Below are positions 61,886 to 64,000 of a stretch of DNA of 64,000 bases, piece by piece. This DNA comes from Saccostrea cucullata (lineage: Eukaryota). How positions within the stretch are numbered: the stretch's first letter is position 1; the number at the start of each line of letters is the position of its first letter. The position numbers were made by a program, and so were the translations under genes. The notes under the pieces were generated by a model, which was not told the origin of the DNA, did no database searches, and worked only from the letters and a program-made list of their open reading frames with translations. The stretch is from positions 62,001 through 126,000 of the forward strand of contig NW_026930557.1 in the NCBI RefSeq assembly GCF_032062105.1, given 5' to 3'.

Positions 61886-64000
61886 ATGGAACAAAACGGT
61901 TCGAATAATCATAACAACATGCCCAGTGATTTTTATTCATTTTCTCCACAAACTGAATCCAAAAGAAAAACAAAAGCTGTTAGGTCCACAGTGTGTGCTC
62001 AGGTGACGGGCGTGGCCCTTTTCTGTGTGGGGCTGGTGGTTGGGCTCCTCATCGGGATTTACGGCTTTAATGGGGTGGGAAAGAACGAAATCCATCACTC
62101 CAATCAAAACCCTACTCAGAGTAAACGCGTTGATCCAAGCCGAAACAGAGACTCAAACACTCTAATGCCAACAAACAGTGGAACCAAAGATAATATCCAC
62201 AGTCACAAACCACATGACCACGGACACAGCCATGTGCCAAGAGATTCTCGGAAAACGACTCCCTCAACGCGAGATTCTCATGAGCACAGTCATGATCACG
62301 CTCCAGTGGACTCTCATGGACATAGTCATGCACATGATGGACACAGTCACGCACATGGGCATTCACATCACCCTTCAAATAACATTCATGAATCCCCAAA
62401 TATTGAAAGCACTCTGCCTCAAACGGACACCGGATTGGACAAGGAGGAGGAGTCCATGACTTGTGAACCATGTAAATGGACTTATCCGGTAGACGAAGAA
62501 ACCAAACCGGAACTGTTCGCTCCCATTAAGTCCAATGAGATGGTTAAAGCTAGGGAAGCACTTTACCGAGAACAGATAATAACAGTCAAACCCCGTCAAA
62601 AGCTGGCGTATAATGAGTCATACGTTCAATCCATGTACCTCTTCCCGCCAAATAAAGCAGAGGCACTCGAATACTTAGATAAAGACGGACCGTTTCCGGG
62701 ACGATATGTAACGGTAATGGTCGTGGAAGGGGCTAGAAAAGAACCACAACTAATGAAATACAAAGTAGGACCTCTTGAAGGTGATGTAGAAAACATAACA
62801 GTAACTCCTTTGTTGAAACCCAATGAGGTGCCATTCAGCAACCGTCCGTATGATTCTATTGAGACAAGAGAGTTAATTATTACAGTGATGGACGCCCTTT
62901 ATCGCATTAATCCCATGATGCAAGAGTGCTTTGATTCCAGATCACCGTACAGAGATATGAGTGTCATGCCAAATGGTCCCTTCATTCACAATGGAGAACG
63001 CACCAGTCGGTGGACTGCAGGTTTGAGGGGGCTTGGAGACAAAGATTTCGACTTTCTGAATGTGCTTCCTCTGAACGGATTAATATATCACGGTGGACAA
63101 GACCCGTCAAAATGGCGTGTTTATAATATTTTCTATCTAAACCAGGGTCCGTTTGATACTGTTGAAGATCTCTACGAAGCCTACAACTCTACATCCCTGT
63201 ACAAAATCCGTTACCCTAAAGGCACAAGGGAACTGATAAAAGAAATCACGTTCCCCAAACGCCAGTTATCCTACCCCGTGCGTCCGAATTCTGATCGAAC
63301 TGGTGCAAAAACGATAGAACCAACTGGACCTCGATACAAAATGAGAGGACATACTATAACGTGGCTGGGGTGGCAGTTTTCAGTGACCACCACCCAACAC
63401 CGAGGTCCGGCAGTGTTTAATGTAAAGTTTCGAGGGGAAAGAGTTGTCTATGAAAATGCATTGAATGACATAGGGTTACTGTATTCTGCCGACGGTTCAG
63501 GACAAGACAACATTTTCTATACAGACTCTACGTTTGGTCTGGGAGAATCAAAGGCAGCTATTTCTGATATCGACTGTCCCTCACATGCATCCTATATGAG
63601 AAGTGTTATGTGGAACCCCGTGGCAATGAGAGGAACAGAGAGAGTTACTATTTGTATATTTGAAATGGACGCCCAAGAACCAATCTATCGCCACAAAGGC
63701 GATGATATCGAAGTGGGCATGCGCAACCGATACCTGGTGGCTCGGTATCCGACTCAGCTTGGTAACTACGATTACTTGATTGATTTCCAGTTTCATCTTG
63801 ACGGCAAAATTGTTACCACTGCTACGGCCCCGGGATTTATCCAGGCTTCCTACTACAATACCCTTAGCGCTTTCTACAACCCCGAGGAACCAGGACGGAA
63901 TCCGTTTGGTTACCGAGTGTCCAATGACATTATAGGACCTATTCACGATCATACTTTTGCTTTTAAAGTAGACCTGGACGTGGTCAGTGAGAAGAATGAC
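61886..64000 (+). CDS. Copper-containing (TPQ) amine oxidase, type II membrane form with a His-rich stalk; truncated by the window end
   Basis: ORF from ATG 61886 (after tttcag|) with these motifs in one frame: transmembrane segment VALFCVGLVVGLLIGIYGF; MYLFPPNKAEALEYLD; YKVGPL; catalytic Asp in FYTDSTFGLG; TPQ motif TQLGNYDY (Tyr codon at 63767); copper ligands IHDH (63944); FKVDLDV. Confidence 0.92.
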   Translation, partial: MEQNGSNNHNNMPSDFYSFSPQTESKRKTKAVRSTVCAQVTGVALFCVGLVVGLLIGIYGFNGVGKNEIHHSNQNPTQSKRVDPSRNRDSNTLMPTNSGTKDNIHSHKPHDHGHSHVPRDSRKTTPSTRDSHEHSHDHAPVDSHGHSHAHDGHSHAHGHSHHPSNNIHESPNIESTLPQTDTGLDKEEESMTCEPCKWTYPVDEETKPELFAPIKSNEMVKAREALYREQIITVKPRQKLAYNESYVQSMYLFPPNKAEALEYLDKDGPFPGRYVTVMVVEGARKEPQLMKYKVGPLEGDVENITVTPLLKPNEVPFSNRPYDSIETRELIITVMDALYRINPMMQECFDSRSPYRDMSVMPNGPFIHNGERTSRWTAGLRGLGDKDFDFLNVLPLNGLIYHGGQDPSKWRVYNIFYLNQGPFDTVEDLYEAYNSTSLYKIRYPKGTRELIKEITFPKRQLSYPVRPNSDRTGAKTIEPTGPRYKMRGHTITWLGWQFSVTTTQHRGPAVFNVKFRGERVVYENALNDIGLLYSADGSGQDNIFYTDSTFGLGESKAAISDIDCPSHASYMRSVMWNPVAMRGTERVTICIFEMDAQEPIYRHKGDDIEVGMRNRYLVARYPTQLGNYDYLIDFQFHLDGKIVTTATAPGFIQASYYNTLSAFYNPEEPGRNPFGYRVSNDIIGPIHDHTFAFKVDLDVVSEKND

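Noticed and set aside
62112-63952. ORF-track ORFs at the window end
   Set aside because: They are antisense or alternate-frame shadows of the amine oxidase ORF starting at 61886.

Overview
AT-rich, intron-rich animal DNA, most likely an oyster (Ostreidae), judged by a Cg170-like Helentron satellite element and other bivalve-type repeats. Genes from left to right: (1) the 5' half of axonemal dynein heavy chain DNAH1 (- strand, 13 phase-compatible coding exons, with an apparent frameshifting deletion in the last one seen); (2) an intronless secreted YtcJ-type amidohydrolase (+); (3) ATXN7L3/Sgf11 (-), whose penultimate intron holds a 4.3-kb, 70-bp satellite built from the gene's own 3' splice site; (4) an intronless multi-cysteine-cluster Toll-like receptor (-) broken by a frameshift at CTT-TGA in the TIR domain; (5) a two-exon Crypton/DUF3504-derived gene (+) lacking the recombinase catalytic C-terminus; (6) PRDM13 (-); (7) RSPH3 (-); (8) a type II membrane copper amine oxidase with a His-rich stalk (+), running off the window end and missed by the ORF track. 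Intergenic DNA and introns contain nested MITEs, Helentron-like elements, a retroelement remnant and several long-hairpin Crypton-like elements. The most notable signals are PTF1-type composite sites (E-box-N5-TTCCCA) around PRDM13, repeated amplification of exon/intron junctions, the TLR frameshift, the His-rich amine oxidase and the domesticated Crypton gene. Exon boundaries were derived by hand; homology calls come from recalled motifs, not database searches.
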